This document shows positions 13,791 to 27,911 of a DNA stretch of 64,000 nucleotides, in pieces. The stretch is from assembly GCF_009834535.1 (NCBI RefSeq), contig NC_045696.1, forward strand, positions 29,080,001-29,144,000, in the 5' to 3' direction. This DNA is from Camelus ferus (taxonomy: Eukaryota). Within the stretch, counting starts at the first letter, position 1. Each line of letters opens with the position of its first letter. Both the position numbers and the translations under genes were made by a program. The notes beneath the pieces were generated by a model that searched no databases, was not told where the DNA came from, and saw only the letters and a list, made by a program, of their open reading frames with translations.

Positions 13791-14567
13791 TTTCTTATAA
13801 TATTAGAAAGCAAGCCAATTTGGACGATGAGCTCTGGACAAAGGTGGTCATTTGATTTATCTTTCAGAGGTTATACTGCACTTAAAAACAGCGAGCTTAT
13901 GGTCAGGAGATACAGCTTCTAATTCTGTTTTGCATTTGCCTGGTAGGCTCAACTATGTCCATGGACCTAAATTCCCAATGTGTCAGTTCTTTCATTTATA
14001 AAAAGAGAGTTTAAGGCAAATGAATTTAATGCTACTTGTCCTTTAAGATGCTTGAATCTTACAGTTGAGCAATATAGTTTACCTCTTTAATTGTATCAGC
14101 AGTTTATTTCAATATCTTAAGTTTTATTAAATTTGTCTTGAAGAATTGAAATTATTTAAAATGGCAAGAAACTGCTAATGATTGTTTTAACTTACCTGTT
14201 AATTTTGGTTTCCTTTTTGCATCTGAATATCACCCTATAGGAACCCTACAGGGAGGACTTAACAAAATATTGGATGTGTTGTTTTAATTCCTCTATCATC
14301 CTTTAATCTTCCCAAACTTATCTAAAGTAGTAAGCCATCCCTCCATCTTTTTTTTCTTTCACTTTTTGACCTTAAAAATCCATGTTCAGTGTCTTTATAG
14401 ACCATTTTCCCCAATATACAGCATATTGCTAGCTTTATCTTTTCTGAAATTTTCGTAACAGGTTAAGTGTCTCTCCTTATATTTATAGAGCACAAGAAGT
14501 GTCTTTTGTAAGTTCTATATTCATTTCCTCTGAGAAGAGACTTCTACCTGCCGTATGACCTTGTTAT

Positions 14568-15109
14568 TATGGGAGGGAACAAATAATTTTGCCTCTACCT
14601 TTCTGAATTCTTGGCTGAGAGCCCTATATTAAAAGACAGATTAACAAGAGAAAAACATACAGGAATTTATTAACATGTATGCTTCGTGTTTGCAAGGGAG
14701 ATACCCCAGGAAAAATCAGTAACTCTCTGAGACAGCCTAAGCCACAAGCTTAAATACCATCCTCAGCTAAACATAAAAGAAATAAAGGTGGGGGGAGGTC
14801 AGCTATCAGTTATGCGGAGGTTAACAGGAACAGTAAGGTAAGGGTAAAGTTTGTTATGCAGATTGATGCAGGGGCTTCTTCACTGATCAGATGGTCTTGT
14901 GATTGAGAGCTGTCCTCTTCCTGGAGACAGCGGGAGATGCCTTGACAAACGGAGGTCTCCTCTATAACTGTCCATTCTCCCCACAAGAGGATAACTTCCA
15001 TTCTGTTTTCCGAGCTTCTCCTACATCTGTTCTTCCTTGAAATAATCAGCTCAAAAAACATCATTATCCAAAGACACGTATTTTGGAGTGTCCATTCTGC
15101 TACCCTCCA
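14568..15109 (-). mobile_element. ERV1-class solo LTR (MER4/MER41-group-like)
   Basis: gggagggaacaaataattttgcctctacc...aaaagacagattaacaagagaaaa...tttatt (antisense AATAAA)...aaataatcagctcaaaa...attttggagtg...ca. No clear TSD. Confidence 0.7.
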
Positions 15110-15817
15110 TGCATGTTTTTTCTATTTCACCCCCAGGTACTGTCTGCAGGTTCCCTTCTACCCTCTACGAATTAGCAACTCTCATGAATTGAAAGCAATG
15201 ACAGAGCTACATTTTTTTAGACTCCCAATAGGGGAGGACAAATCAAGATTGAAAACTGAGGTATGCTGTAGATGCACATATTCTAACACCTTCCCCCCAA
15301 ATACAACTGAGTGTGTAGCTAACTGAAGATAACATCGTACTCTGCACTTGAAACCTGTTATGAAGGTGACGAGACTGAGTCATCCTGACCCCCCTCACTG
15401 TCTTGAACACTACTAGTGAACATACTGCATTTTTCTTATTTTCTCCTTTGACTCATAACGTCAATATTGTTTATACATGCATGATGCCTAGTAATTAATC
15501 AGAGTGAAGCAAGGGTTTCCCCAGTCCTTTTACATTCTCTTAGAGCAGGGAGGCCGTCTACCACACGCAGCCGTGGGCCTGGTAACTATTACACCAGGCA
15601 CGTCACTTTCAGGCAGACAGACGGGAAGTACAACATAGTGTTGCAGGATACAGACAGCACCAGTCAGTAAAATTCTTTTCTAATTATCCACAGCTTCTAA
15701 ATCTCAAACCAATCTCAGATTTGTTGTGATTCCCTTTTAAAATCTCCTGTTTAAATTTCTTAGTCAAAGTACCCTTTAAAAAAAAAATCTGGGAATGCTA
15801 CTTAACTCTGCTTCCCT

Positions 15818-15820
<3 letters not shown>

Positions 15821-15880
<60 letters not shown>
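15821..15880. repeat. Perfect (GT)30 microsatellite
   Basis: Direct reading: 60 bp of uninterrupted GT. Confidence 0.98.
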
Positions 15881-15882
<2 letters not shown>

Positions 15883-17746
15883 AACTGAATAGTAAAGGAC
15901 CTTTCATCTATTTTATTTAGGCTTTCATTTTTCAAATTTTAACTAGGAGCTAAATGTAACCTGAAGCTGGGACGCACTCGTTTTACTGAAAAGAAGTATA
16001 ATTCTTCATATTTTCTGCATTAAAAGGATACATCCCTTAAAGCAAAGCTTTACTTAATTTAAAAGAGAGAGAGAGGAGAAAACTATACAGTAGTCTCTTC
16101 TTAGGTTCATTGTTTAAACTGAGTTTTGCTTCTAGAACTTTGAACTCAAATTCTCTTAATATCTGTAACTAACGAGACACTAGCAGACCATCAACCTTCC
16201 AAAAACACACTTGGGCCTAAACATCATGAAAATGTTTTATATACACATACACATTTCACTGGCATTTTTAGCTCCTTTGGTTTATCAATATCCAGGGGCT
16301 TTTGGCTGCTGTGAGGGAAATGGATGACACGATTCTTTGATAAATTTCGAGGGGGTGGGTGAAGGATGTGATAGGATGAACAGCAGTGTTCATTTCCGGG
16401 CTTTAGCCTCTACGATACGTTTTATTATAATTTACAAACAAAACTGTTTGTCCTGAATGACCTGGTTTTGCATGCTGAGACATGTTAATGGAATGGCATT
16501 ATTACTCAACAAAACTGCTTAACACATATCAGTAATTTAAGTAGCCCACTCAAGCAGTTGGCCATGCAAACTACTTGCCACAACAGGAGCAAGAGAAAAT
16601 AACAGAACAGACAATAGGAAGTGCAGCGTGGAGTGGCACCATTCACTGGAGCAAATATGTTTTGTATTTGTTCATGCCAAAGTGAAATGTAGATCTCCAA
16701 AGTGTCACATGAAATTCTTGCTCTGATTCCACTGCAGCAATCTCAGAACATTTGAAAATAAAGCCAGAACTAAATCGAACTAAACTCATTTATTTTAACC
16801 AAAATGTCTAAGTCCTATGAACATTATTTTTCTCTTCAAAAACCATTCCAGGAAGTTTATGTGACCCTATGAACATCAAAGATCAAACATACACACACGC
16901 CTGTGCGCACACACACACTCACATATTGGACTGAAGGTCACTTTTCTTCCCTTCCTTTTCTGTCATTTCATTCCAGAAGAACAGTCATTAGCCCACAGCT
17001 TGGTCTGGTTCTTTCTGGTACTAACTGGCAGTCACAAGCCAAGTGGAAAATACATTTATTATATATTTGGCTGAAATCATCCAAATTTTAATTTTGAAGT
17101 CTTTTTACAATATTTCTTTGTGATTCCTGAGAGTAAAACTTCAGCAAAATATTTCTGATACTCAGTAGAATAGTAAAAACTCAGACTTTTCTTTTTTCCA
17201 TGGAAATACTTTTTTTTCAAAGATTCTACTAAAAGTACTGGAACTCTTAAACAGAGTCAAACTGTGTTATATATTTAATAGGACTCATTCCTGCAATATC
17301 TTTAGCCACAGTCTTTTCAATTTCTCCAAAAATATATGTCAAAATTTCTATGTTCCCCTTAGACTGCCTCAGCATCAGTTTATATTACTTATTTTCTCTT
17401 AAATTTTCAAATAATATCTGACTCCCTCTTGGAATATAAAGAGCTTCTATTATATATTTATATAATATGATATAAGGTGTGGAAAGGTTGATGTACTTGA
17501 GCTCAAATTTTTATAATCAACTCTCCCCACTCCCAAAGGAAACACAGACATTGATTATACCTGGTGCCTCAGCATGGAATCATTATTGTTATTAATACAG
17601 TGTATTCTTAATCTTTACATGTTTACCTTGTACTTGCATCCTACCTTGCCCAGGTCAAGTGAATTATGCCTGCACATTTTACCAGAGTTCCAACATGTGT
17701 CCTTTCTTAGTTGTTCTCTCAATGATTACAGTTACTGGTGATTAGA

Positions 17747-18201
17747 TATGATGAGTTAGTGTCTACCCTCACTTCCTCCAAACTCAGGTCTATCCAGAAC
17801 CTCAGAATATGACTTTACAGAATAGGGTCTTTACAGTGGTAATTACTTAATATAAGGTCATACTAGATTCGAGTGGGTCCTAAATCCAACTGCTGTTTTA
17901 TAAGAAGAAGAGAGGACAAGACACCTAGAGATTTACAAGAGAGGAAGGTCATGGGATGATGACAGCAGAAATTGGAGTGATGTATCTACAAGCCAAAGAA
18001 TGCCAAGGATAGCTGGCAATCACCAGAAGCTAGACATGAGGTGTGGAACAGATTCTCCTTCAGAGCCTCCAGAAAGAACCAGCCCTGCCTGTACCTTGAT
18101 TAAAGACTTTTTGTTTCTTGAAACATGGGAGAGTAAATTTCTATTGTTTTAAACCCCTGTTTTGTGGTAATTTGTCTTCTCTGTCCTAGGAAGCTAATAC
18201 A
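17747..18201 (+). mobile_element. MaLR MLT1B/C-type solo LTR
   Basis: aacctcagaatatgact...aatagggtcttt...caagccaaagaatgccaagga...ccagaagctaga...taggaagctaataca. Imperfect 5-bp TSD ttaga/ttagg. Confidence 0.85.
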
Positions 18202-18294
18202 TTAGGTTACTTCCATTATAGCTTAGCACCTCCTCCTGTGCTTAACATTATTAACCCCCAGATTCACGTATGACTGGTACCTAACACTGATGAT

Positions 18295-18480
18295 GCTAGA
18301 GGCAGAGAACTTCCTGTGAAATGAGTGAAGTCTGAGTCTCAGAATCCCCACAACACAACAGTTTCTTCCAAGGCCCTATACTAAGATATCTAATATTATT
18401 TTTAATTAATTGATTTTTATCAAAGAGGGGCCACAAACAGTATAAGTTTCAAGTACCACAAAACCTTGGTTAACTCTTGG
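18295..18480. mobile_element. hAT-Tip100 (ORSL-like) remnant
   Basis: aaagagggggccacaaacagtataagtttcaagtaccacaaaaccttgg resembles the reverse complement of the element end seen at ~31545. Confidence 0.4.
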
Positions 18481-18995
18481 CAAAAGAAGTCCCTGGGCAC
18501 CCAGGAATGAATATGAAATAAAAAGAATGAATATGTATATATACATATATGATATCCTTTAAACCCAACAGGCTGTAAAGTAAAATTTTAAACTAAAGTT
18601 GTGATCTTTGGATATTCTGCATTCCCATTAGCAACATCTTTCTTTTATAGAAAAAAATGCAGGGAGGAGTATCCACAAGTAGGAATTGGGACAAGAATTC
18701 TATCACTATTAGGCAACTATAATAATAGGATTGGAACGAATCAGCAGGGGCTAACTTTAAACCCAAAATAAGTATGGATAGTAAAATATATTCCCAACAA
18801 ATTTATTTTAAAGCATATTTAAGAAATGTTTATAAGGGCATTTTAAAAATATTTAAAAGACTTCATCAATTAACTGATTTTAACCCAGAATAAAATACAA
18901 ATTTTAACAGTTATCTGTTTAATATTTGTCATCAGATTTTCCTCTCATTAACATTAAAACCATTAGAATATTGGGTCAACTGATATATCATAGAC

Positions 18996-19654
18996 CATGA
19001 ATTCTTGTTATTTGCAGTAGTTATGTTTTATGATGCCACAAACACCAAATTAGCAAATGCTGAACCATTGATCCTAAAAGAAATGCAGTACTAGGTTCCT
19101 AAAATTCTCTGGCCAAACCTCTTTTTTTTTTTTTTTTTTTTTTTTTTGTTAAATGTTCAATACATAACCTGTTTTCAAGGACATTTTTATTTAATATACG
19201 TTACTGATTCATTAACATTGAACTTATGGCCAACAGCACCATTACTCATGCCTGAACAAAACTTATCTAAGATACATATTTTCCCCTCCCTCAAAAGGTA
19301 CACTACAGTCTTCTGCTATGGAACGCTAAACAGTGCCTCAAAACTGTTCTTGAGGACCATTTCAAACAGTGAAATCACCAACAAAAAGCACAAAAATATT
19401 CTTTCAGATGCTACTATAAATAGACCACACTAATGACACTTGTTTACATTATGAGATCAGAAAGAGGACAGCAAAGCATCACCTTGTTCAACCACAGCTG
19501 GGAATGTGCACTTTGGGCACCTCAAATTTCTCAGTTGTCACATGTCCACAAATGATTGTGAAAATGCCTCAAGCACTGATTTGGGGTTTACAAATAAATT
19601 TTAGGGGTAGGTGAGTTTTCAAATACAGAATCTGTGAATAACAAGAATCAACTA
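18996..19654 (+). mobile_element. MER82 (TcMar-Tigger) non-autonomous DNA transposon
   Basis: Colinear with the recalled MER82 consensus. Terminal inverted repeats attcttgttatttgcag / ctgtgaataacaagaat, with an internal poly(T) expansion at ~19123-19147. Confidence 0.85.
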
Positions 19655-19948
19655 TATTATGTTTTGTAATGAGTAACTTTTCTCTTTGTTTTCATATTCT
19701 GTGATAATTTCTTTAATCACTCTTCTATTTTTTTCTTCTTATTTTTGTCAACACTCTCCCTCTACCCACTACCATGCTTCTTTTCTGTTCTCCATGCCAC
19801 CATTTTTAATACTTAGGTCCAAAGTTGTTTTTCCTATTGTCTACCATAAAATTCTACATGGATAGTCCATAACATCTTGAGTTTGCCTTACTATTTTCTT
19901 CTTAAGGGCTGTGATTTCTCCTCAATTCACTATTTTAGTTAATGACAC

Positions 19949-20459
19949 TGTGATGGTTAATTTTATGTGTTAACTTGACTGAGCCATTATGTGCCCTGGC
20001 ATTTGGTCTCAGCCTGTCTGTGGGGGTTTCTAGAGGAGACTAACATTTGAATCAATAGACTGAGTAAAGCAGATTGCCCTCCCTAGTGTGGGTGAGCCCC
20101 ACCCAGGTAATTGGAAGCCTGAATAGCATAAAATGACTAAGAGGGAACTTGGCCTGCCTGGCTGTTGAACTGGGATATCAGTCTTCTCCTGCCCTTGAGT
20201 TGGAATTTTCACCATCAGCAAATCTCAGGCCTTCAAATTTGGTCTGCAGCTTATTGATTACAAATCTTGGAACTGTTCAGCTTCTATGATCACATAAGCC
20301 AATTCCCTAAAATAAATGTATCTGTCTACCTGTCTGTCTGTCATCTGTCTGTCTATCTATCTATCCATCCAGCCATCTACATCTATATCTAAATATAGCA
20401 TTTATATCAGTATCTCCTATTGGTTCTGTTTCTATGGAGAAACCTGATTAATAAATACA
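19949..20459 (+). mobile_element. MLT2 (ERVL) solo LTR
   Basis: Starts tgtgatggttaattttatgtgt, ends tctcctattggttctgtttct...aataca. 5-bp TSD gacac/gacat and an internal (TCTG/TCTA)n tract. Confidence 0.88.
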
Positions 20460-23400
20460 GACATAACAATCCTTAAGGTCACCCAATTTTGAATATAGAT
20501 TTGACTAATCTCTTGCTCCTCTTTCACGGCTAAATTTGTCAAGCCCTCTCATTGGTCTTTTCTGTTAAAAATCATTTGGCTATGATACAAGTGCTCTAAC
20601 TAGACTCTCTGCATTAGATATCCTAAATAGGATAGTAGATTGTAAATACAAATCTACTTAAAATAGAAGTCTAAATAACAATGATTTATGAAAGTATGTA
20701 CCCTAACAGTACTATAAGAAAGTTGTACATTATGTGGTCCCTACAATAATTTTATAAAAGTTCAAATAACAGAAGACCAAAAAGAGTAAAAAAAAAAAAA
20801 AAAGTAAGACAAGTCCCCATTATAATATGAAGGTTAAGTTAGATTTTTTTTAATGCATAATATGTAATTACCAGGGAAGGATGAGAAAAGGGCATCACTG
20901 TTAATGAGAATGTGAGCATAGACCCAGAGTCGGAATGTCAGGAGTATTTTCAGACAGTGAGAAACCTGCTGGAGTGAAGAGTTGGTTTTGAATAATGATT
21001 AATTTCAATTTGTGAAGAGTATAAATGACCAGTTAATAACTGCACATGGAATCCAAACAGGAGGAATGAATGATGAAATCAGAAGTGGTGTGTTAGAACT
21101 GGCTGCCTAATAAAACTGCTATTTAGTAGTGGTCTGGCAGGAGTATCCAAGATTGCTTGAGAAAGGAAAAACTCAAAAGAGCTTGGAATGAACTAGCTAG
21201 GAGCCTGTAGTACTGAGTCCTAAGTGATGAAATCTGGATTAGTAGCAGAAAGTTGGTAAAAGAGGAAGGAAATATATAAAAGTACTATAATTTTATCTTA
21301 ATTGCTTTCAGATGGCATCCATTACAACACAGTTCCTTAAAAAATCAGAAACTGCCCAAGAGCAATAGTTCTAAATATCTGCTGAGATTTTCAGAGGACC
21401 CAATACCTGGAGAGCACACTGAAGTAAGCATCCTTATCTCCCTTCACTGCAAGGGTAGTCACATACGACAGAGAAATGCTACATTCCAAATGTCAATAGT
21501 GTTCCAGTTGAACGGCACTGAGAGGAAGTGGTCATAATTAGAAATGTACAGTTGGGCTTTGGGGGATCAAGGAACCCCTGGAAACTAGAAAATGCTGCTG
21601 TCCCTTCATCTTTCTCTTAGGAACTAGCAAAATTCTTATGAAAAGTTTAGCAATTGGTACTTCACAGCACAATGGTCTTTGGGTGATAGTATATATAACT
21701 GAGTGATACTAGGGCATGCTGACTATGATAGTACAAGATGATTACAAAGAAGACGACCTACAGAAAAACAGTGAACATTTGACTATAAGAATTTGAGGTG
21801 ATTTTGTTGACCATATAGTATTTATAAATCAGCTTATATCATATTCTATATCCAAACTTTAGCATGCTTCTTAATCTCCAGGTAGGCTTGTTAATGCACA
21901 GGTTGCTAGTTTCTGATTCCATACTAAATACAGGATTGCATTTATTCCTGTTAAGTAAAATCCAGACTATGTGCTATATTCCTTCCTTCCCATGGATGCT
22001 CTCTGTTTTGACTATGTCATTTTCCCTCTAAAATGTATTATTTTAAATTGAAATCAATTTGCAAAATGCATTTCTGGCTAGCTTAGCATATAGTGAATAC
22101 ATTCTTAATCATGACTAGAATACAGCATGGTTATTGGTGCTGTCTAAGCCTGTGCTGTATTTTAGAGAGTTCTGCGAAAATATTGAGCTGTGGTCAGTCA
22201 GAACCCACAGATCATTTACACACAAATTGCTGCCAACATTGAGCTTTACTAACCAATATGATGATGTGGAGAACTAAGCAATCTGTCTACCATTTGCTTT
22301 TCTGAGTATTTCATTATTAAGCAGTACAGATCAAGTAATCATAAGCTATTTAGCGGTATTATTTTGAAAGTCCATAGCAGATTTTATTTTACAAAGACAA
22401 TGTAATCTAAGTTGACTGAAATACTTAATTATCATAAGCATACAGTAAACATATAAATGGCGAGTGGATTTCCTTTTCATTTTTAGCTGAATGGTGTAGT
22501 TCTATTTAATTCATTAAATAAGTATGTTAATAACATTGTAGGCCCTAAATTTCATATTCTGAGAGCTAAATTTTCATTGACATCTATTTTATATGTTTAT
22601 TGACTGTAAAATTTAAACACTGTTATTTTTTTTTGAATTTGGAAAGTAATCAAAGGCATAAATTATTTTTAAAATGTATCAGTAGTACAAGAGGGAAATT
22701 AGTAAAGCATTTACACATATTGAGGGAAAATACACACTATACACAACTCTGGGATTATGTCTTCTTTTTCACCTAAAGTAATTAACTGGAAAATATTTCT
22801 ATTTAAAATATTCTTCAAAATCACATTTTGTAACTAATGGAGTGGGATTTTCTACGGCTTTATAGTCAGTCATTAAGAGTTTATGGGCTTTTAAAAATAT
22901 TATTTCCAGGCAAATCCAAGCAGCCATAGGACAATATTTGTGGCTGCTCTGAGGGCCAGTTAGTATGAATTAAATAATGTCTGGATAACAGATTTTTTTT
23001 TGTCTAGTTCCTGGGTGATTTTCAGAAAGTCCTTGGATCCTTTGTTAGCCAGTAGAAGCTGAGTGATAAATGCAGGCTGACGTGAAATCTGTTTGGACTG
23101 TGCCCCATGTTACATACTCTGGTTCCACTAAACAGATGTCTGGTTTATCTTAAGTAACCTTAGAGAAGATGGTGGAATTTTATATCAGGTGAAAATATCC
23201 ATTGGTCATTCAATTATTGGGATAATGAATATCACATTTCTTAAACCTACACCTAAGATTATAAAAATTCCAGCATGGACACAACTTTAAGTGGATAAGA
23301 AGATTTGGGGAGCATCTCTGGACCATCTGTTATTCCATTCCTGCCTTTCAGCTACTGGACATAAAAAGGTGACAAGACCAAATTCTTAAATACATACTTC

Positions 23401-25387
23401 AATTGGTAGAACCAATAAAAAGATGTATTAACACACAGATTATCACACCAGGGGTCAGAATGTAAATTATTTACAATAATAGGCTCAAATAATCAATTTT
23501 TAATTTATTTACAGTTAAATTTCTTCTTTTCTCCTGTTATTTCTAGAGCCTTTTAATTATGAACTTTTAAATAAAATTGGAAAAGAAACTGGCCTTCTCT
23601 GTAGCTCATTAAATTCATTCCACTTTACTTACAGGCAGCATTTAAATATATTTCATCCTCAGTAGCACCCTTTCTAGTTTAGAACTAGAAAGTTCAAACT
23701 GAAAACCTAACCACCCAAAGTTTGTCTTATAACAATTTCCCTTTCTGTCCTGGATTTGTATATCTTTGTAAAGGAGCCTAATTATATATCCACTATTATT
23801 TTGAGAAGCCTAGTATTATTCTGATTTTACCTGTTCCATATATTTCAAGACAACCAATAACTTGGCAAACACATTCACATACTTGTACGGCCTGAAGGAG
23901 GTACCTGAAATTAAGCAGTCAAGTGACCACTAGAAAATAAAACCTCCTTTCATCCTAAAAGGTGGCTGCTTTTCTTACACCGGGTTTAATAATCAAATGC
24001 CTATTGCATTAATCAGGGACAGTCTTTAAGAAATACAGAATTGGAATTGGTTTGTTTTTTTTTTTTACTTCTTTTTGTCATCCATTAAAACCCAGATACC
24101 AAAGAAATCTTTAGTTTCCATAGCTTATTTTGCACACTTATGTGTCTTCAATGATGAGTCTGATGACTATCTGTTACTGCACTTATCCTTAAAGTGGGGT
24201 TAAATTCTCAAAGGGATCTGAATGAGTTTCCCTGCTTCAAAGCATGCCCTTATCCCTGTTCTTGCAACCATGCCTCCCTCTCTCTAGAGTTTGAGAACAT
24301 GTCAATGTCATCCCTTTTAAAGTTGTTCTCCTTCATGGAAGGGTCACCAACGGCAAATTTCTGAATCTGAGTGATTTTTATTAGTTTTCATTATTGTTGT
24401 TCTTTAGGGAATATGTGACACATTTTTGATATTTGGACAGTCTAGCCTGGAATAACTAGGAAAGAAACTAGGTGTAAGGATAGCGTGTCCTTTGAAAAAG
24501 AGCAGAAGGAAACACTTTTTTTGCTCCAAGAATAAAAATTTGACTTTATAAGTGAAAAGTGTTATTAATTTAATAATTATGGATAATTGAGGAAATATTT
24601 TGAATATAAAAATGGTCAGGAAAAATGGGAAGTCTAGAAAATGGATAAAAAGATTTCTAGAGCTTCTTTCAAGAAATGCTGGGTGTTGTCTAGAGGACTC
24701 TTTAGGGTTTTCTGATACTGCAGAATGTGTACCTTTGAATGTCTTTGATTAAACTATTTTATAATTCTGTAGACATGAAGTTAATGTAACAAACGAAATG
24801 GGGCAAATCTTGCAAGACTTTGTAGAGTTGGGAGAAAATGCAGGGATATTCTCAAAAGAGTGGATGAATAAAGACTATCCTCAGAAAATGGACCATCTCC
24901 AAGAAGAAATAGGGGTTAGTCTTGAGCATGATAGAAAAGACAATCTGCAGATCAACAGAGCACTTTGCATGAAAGTACTAGGTCCCTCTTGGGAGAGACA
25001 GGACTATGGTCACCAGATAAGTGGCTTAGGTGTCAGGAGAAAGGGGGAAAATCTCTTGAAAGTTGGGGAATGCCTTGTAAGAGAATAGAGAATATTCTTG
25101 CAAGAGTAAATGGGCAAAGAACAGGAGAAAAGGGCGTTCATCTCAAGAATCAAAAAGGAATTGGTCATGAGAATAAATTAGAAGAGATCTGATGATGGAT
25201 GGATTTCTTCAGATGAGTCAAAAATAGATTCATACTGTGAGCATGGGACCATTGTTCCCTGAGCAGAAGACTAAGTCTCACGAAAAAAGGAGCAAATCTC
25301 GTGACATTTTCACACCCTTAACGGCACAATAAGAGAATAAACACTAAAGAAAGAGAGAGAGAGAGATAAGGAGGAGGGGAAATTGGA

Positions 25388-25925
25388 TACACACACACAA
25401 AATGGAGTATTACTCAGCCATAGTGCAGAAAGAAATCCTGCCATTTGTGATAACATAGATAAACCTTAAGAGCATTATGCTAAGTGAAATAAGGCAGACA
25501 GAGGAAGACTAATACTATGTATCTCACTTATATGCAGAATGAAAAAAATAGTGAAACTCAAAGGAGCAGAGAGTAGATTGGTGGTTGCAGGGGCTGAGAG
25601 GTGGGAAAAACAGTGAGATGTTGGTCAAAGGACACAAACTTCCACTTATAAGATGAATACATTCTGGGGATTTAATGTACAGCATGGTGATTACAATTAG
25701 CAATACTGTGTTTTATACTTGAAAGTTGCTAAGAAGGTAGATTTTAAATATTCTTACCAAACACACAAACACAAAAGAGGGCATGTATATGATGCAATGG
25801 ATGTGTTAATTAACCTATTGTGGTAATCATTTCATAATATATATGTATATCAAATCATCACCATGTTTTATACCTTAAACTTACACAATGTTATATGTCA
25901 GTTATATCTCAATAAAGCTGGGTGA
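25388..25925 (+). mobile_element. L1MA-type 3' end
   Basis: aatggagtattactcagccata...gcattatgctaagtgaaataag...tatatctcaataaagctg. Confidence 0.88.
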
Positions 25926-26619
25926 GTGGGAAGAAAGAGGATGCAATCCAGGAGTGTGGCCAGCAGCAGTTTCTAAGCAAAATAAATATGAGCAGCTGAA
26001 GCTTAATGGGACAGCTCCTCAGACTCAACTGAGAACAGAAACACCACTGGAACACCATTGAAGCCTCCCCAAATCTGATGGGATGGGGAGATCTTAAAGG
26101 GAAGCCTGAGGTTTTCTTGAGCCAGCAAATATGGACTTTATTCTTATGACCTCTTTTATATCCTTAAACTTCTGAGACTTGAAGGACAATCTTTGAGTTT
26201 ATGACAAAGGCCTGGAGATACCATCTATTAAACATGTAGTGACCTTCTGTGGGAGGAGTTTCATAAATTCCTTTGATTTAAATCACATAGTTTTGATTAA
26301 AGACTTTCTCCAATTACAGATAATTTTCCCTAAATTTTTTTCTCATCCAATATCAAAGTTCATCTTACTAGTAACAGATTAAGTTAAAATTAATATGTAA
26401 ATTGCTTTGTTGAGTTTTTTGCTTTCTCCTTCTCATATCTGAGCTCTACGAACAAATTTTATAATCTTTAAAACACTGTGGATGGAGTCTGGCAGGATTT
26501 ACCTGAGGGACAAGAGAAGAGAAATCATGAATGCAGAACAATTTGAGAAATCCAAAGTTACAGGCACATTTATGACATAGTTATGTAGTATCTTGCTACC
26601 TGGATCTATTTTAGAAAAA

Positions 26620-27485
26620 AAAAAGTTACAAAATCTAAAATGACAGAAATGGGTAGAGGGAGGAAAGAAATAGGTGAGGGATATGAAAAGGTAATAACTT
26701 CTAGGTGCAAAATAAATGAGTCACAGGTATGAAATGCACAGTGTGGGAAATACAGTCAATAATAATGTATTATCTTTATATGGTGGCATATTGTAACTAG
26801 ACTTATTATGATGATTATTTTGACCTGTTCAGAAATACCTAAGCACTATGTTGTGTAACAAGAACTAACATACAGTGTTACTGGTCAAGTATACTTCAAA
26901 AACCAACATGTCACCCCTTAACAACTCAAACAATACAGAGGGAGAGAGAGGTGGGGCAGAGCACACATATTAGGTGAAGGGGTGACACAGAGGCCCTGGG
27001 AGCAGAGCTTGGACAGTTTCTTGCCTTAAGACCTGCTTTTGCCTCCTTCTGCACTCTCCACATAGTGTGGAAGTCAGAGTCAGAGAGAAACTCGTAGAGA
27101 AAGAGATCATATTTGCTGTTACCAGAGGTGGGGGTCAGGGCTGGGAGAATTGGATGAAGGCAGTCAAAAGGCACAAACTTCCAGTTATAAGATAAATATG
27201 AACTAGGAGTACAATGTACAATATGATAAATATAATTAACATTGCTGTATATTTTATATGAAAGTTGTTAAGAGAGTAAATCCTAAGTATTTTCACCATA
27301 CAAAATTATTTTTTTAATTAAAAGAAAAGTGTATCTATATGAGATGATGGATATTCACTAAACTTATTGTAGTAATCATTTCATGATCATGTATGTAAGT
27401 CAAATGATCATGCTGTACACCTTAACTTATACAGTGCTATATACAGTTGCATCTCAATAAAACTGGAAAAAAATTTAAATAAAAT
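26620..27485 (+). mobile_element. L1MA9-like 3'UTR interrupted by ~175 bp of non-L1 sequence
   Basis: Two-module L1MA 3'UTR ending ctcaataaaactggaaaaaaa. Interruption at ~26908-27083. Confidence 0.8.
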
Positions 27486-27760
27486 GTATTATGTTATAGA
27501 AGGTGGAAAAGAAAATAAAATAAATAATTGCTTTTATATCAATACCATTTTCCTAAAAAATATATCCCCTGTCCCCTTTCTACAGTAATATCTGGCAAAA
27601 TGTATTTGTGATTTGAGAATAATAAAAAAATTATGATGAAGTTATTCATGTATCCACTCAATACATTTTGTTGAGCTCCACTCCATGTAAGCATTTTTGC
27701 CCCGCCTGTGGGAGGAGATTAGAAAAGCATGCAATCTAGACTTCAAGACCTTGGAATTTA

Positions 27761-27911
27761 GGGGGAAGATATAGCTCAGCAGTAGAGGGTACGCTTAGCA
27801 CGTGTGAGGTCCAGGGTTCAATCCCCGGTACCTCCATTACAAAATAAATAAATAAACCTAATTACCTACCCCAACAAAAGTAAAATAAAATAGTTGTTAA
27901 AAAAATAAAAG
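27761..27911 (+). mobile_element. tRNA-Ala(AGC)-derived SINE, camelid Vic-1-like
   Basis: A box tagctcagcag, anticodon loop ttagcac, B box ggttcaatccc, tail aataaacctaattacct plus A-rich end. TSD gaccttggaatttag / gaccttgcaatttag. Confidence 0.88.

Noticed and set aside
24798..25192. Overlapping purine-rich ORFs as a pseudogene
   Set aside because: No protein recognised. More likely an ancient CR1/L3-like remnant, too degenerate to call.
27761..27836. Possible tRNA-Ala gene
   Set aside because: Stems are degenerate, and it is followed by a SINE tail and flanked by a TSD, so it is a SINE.
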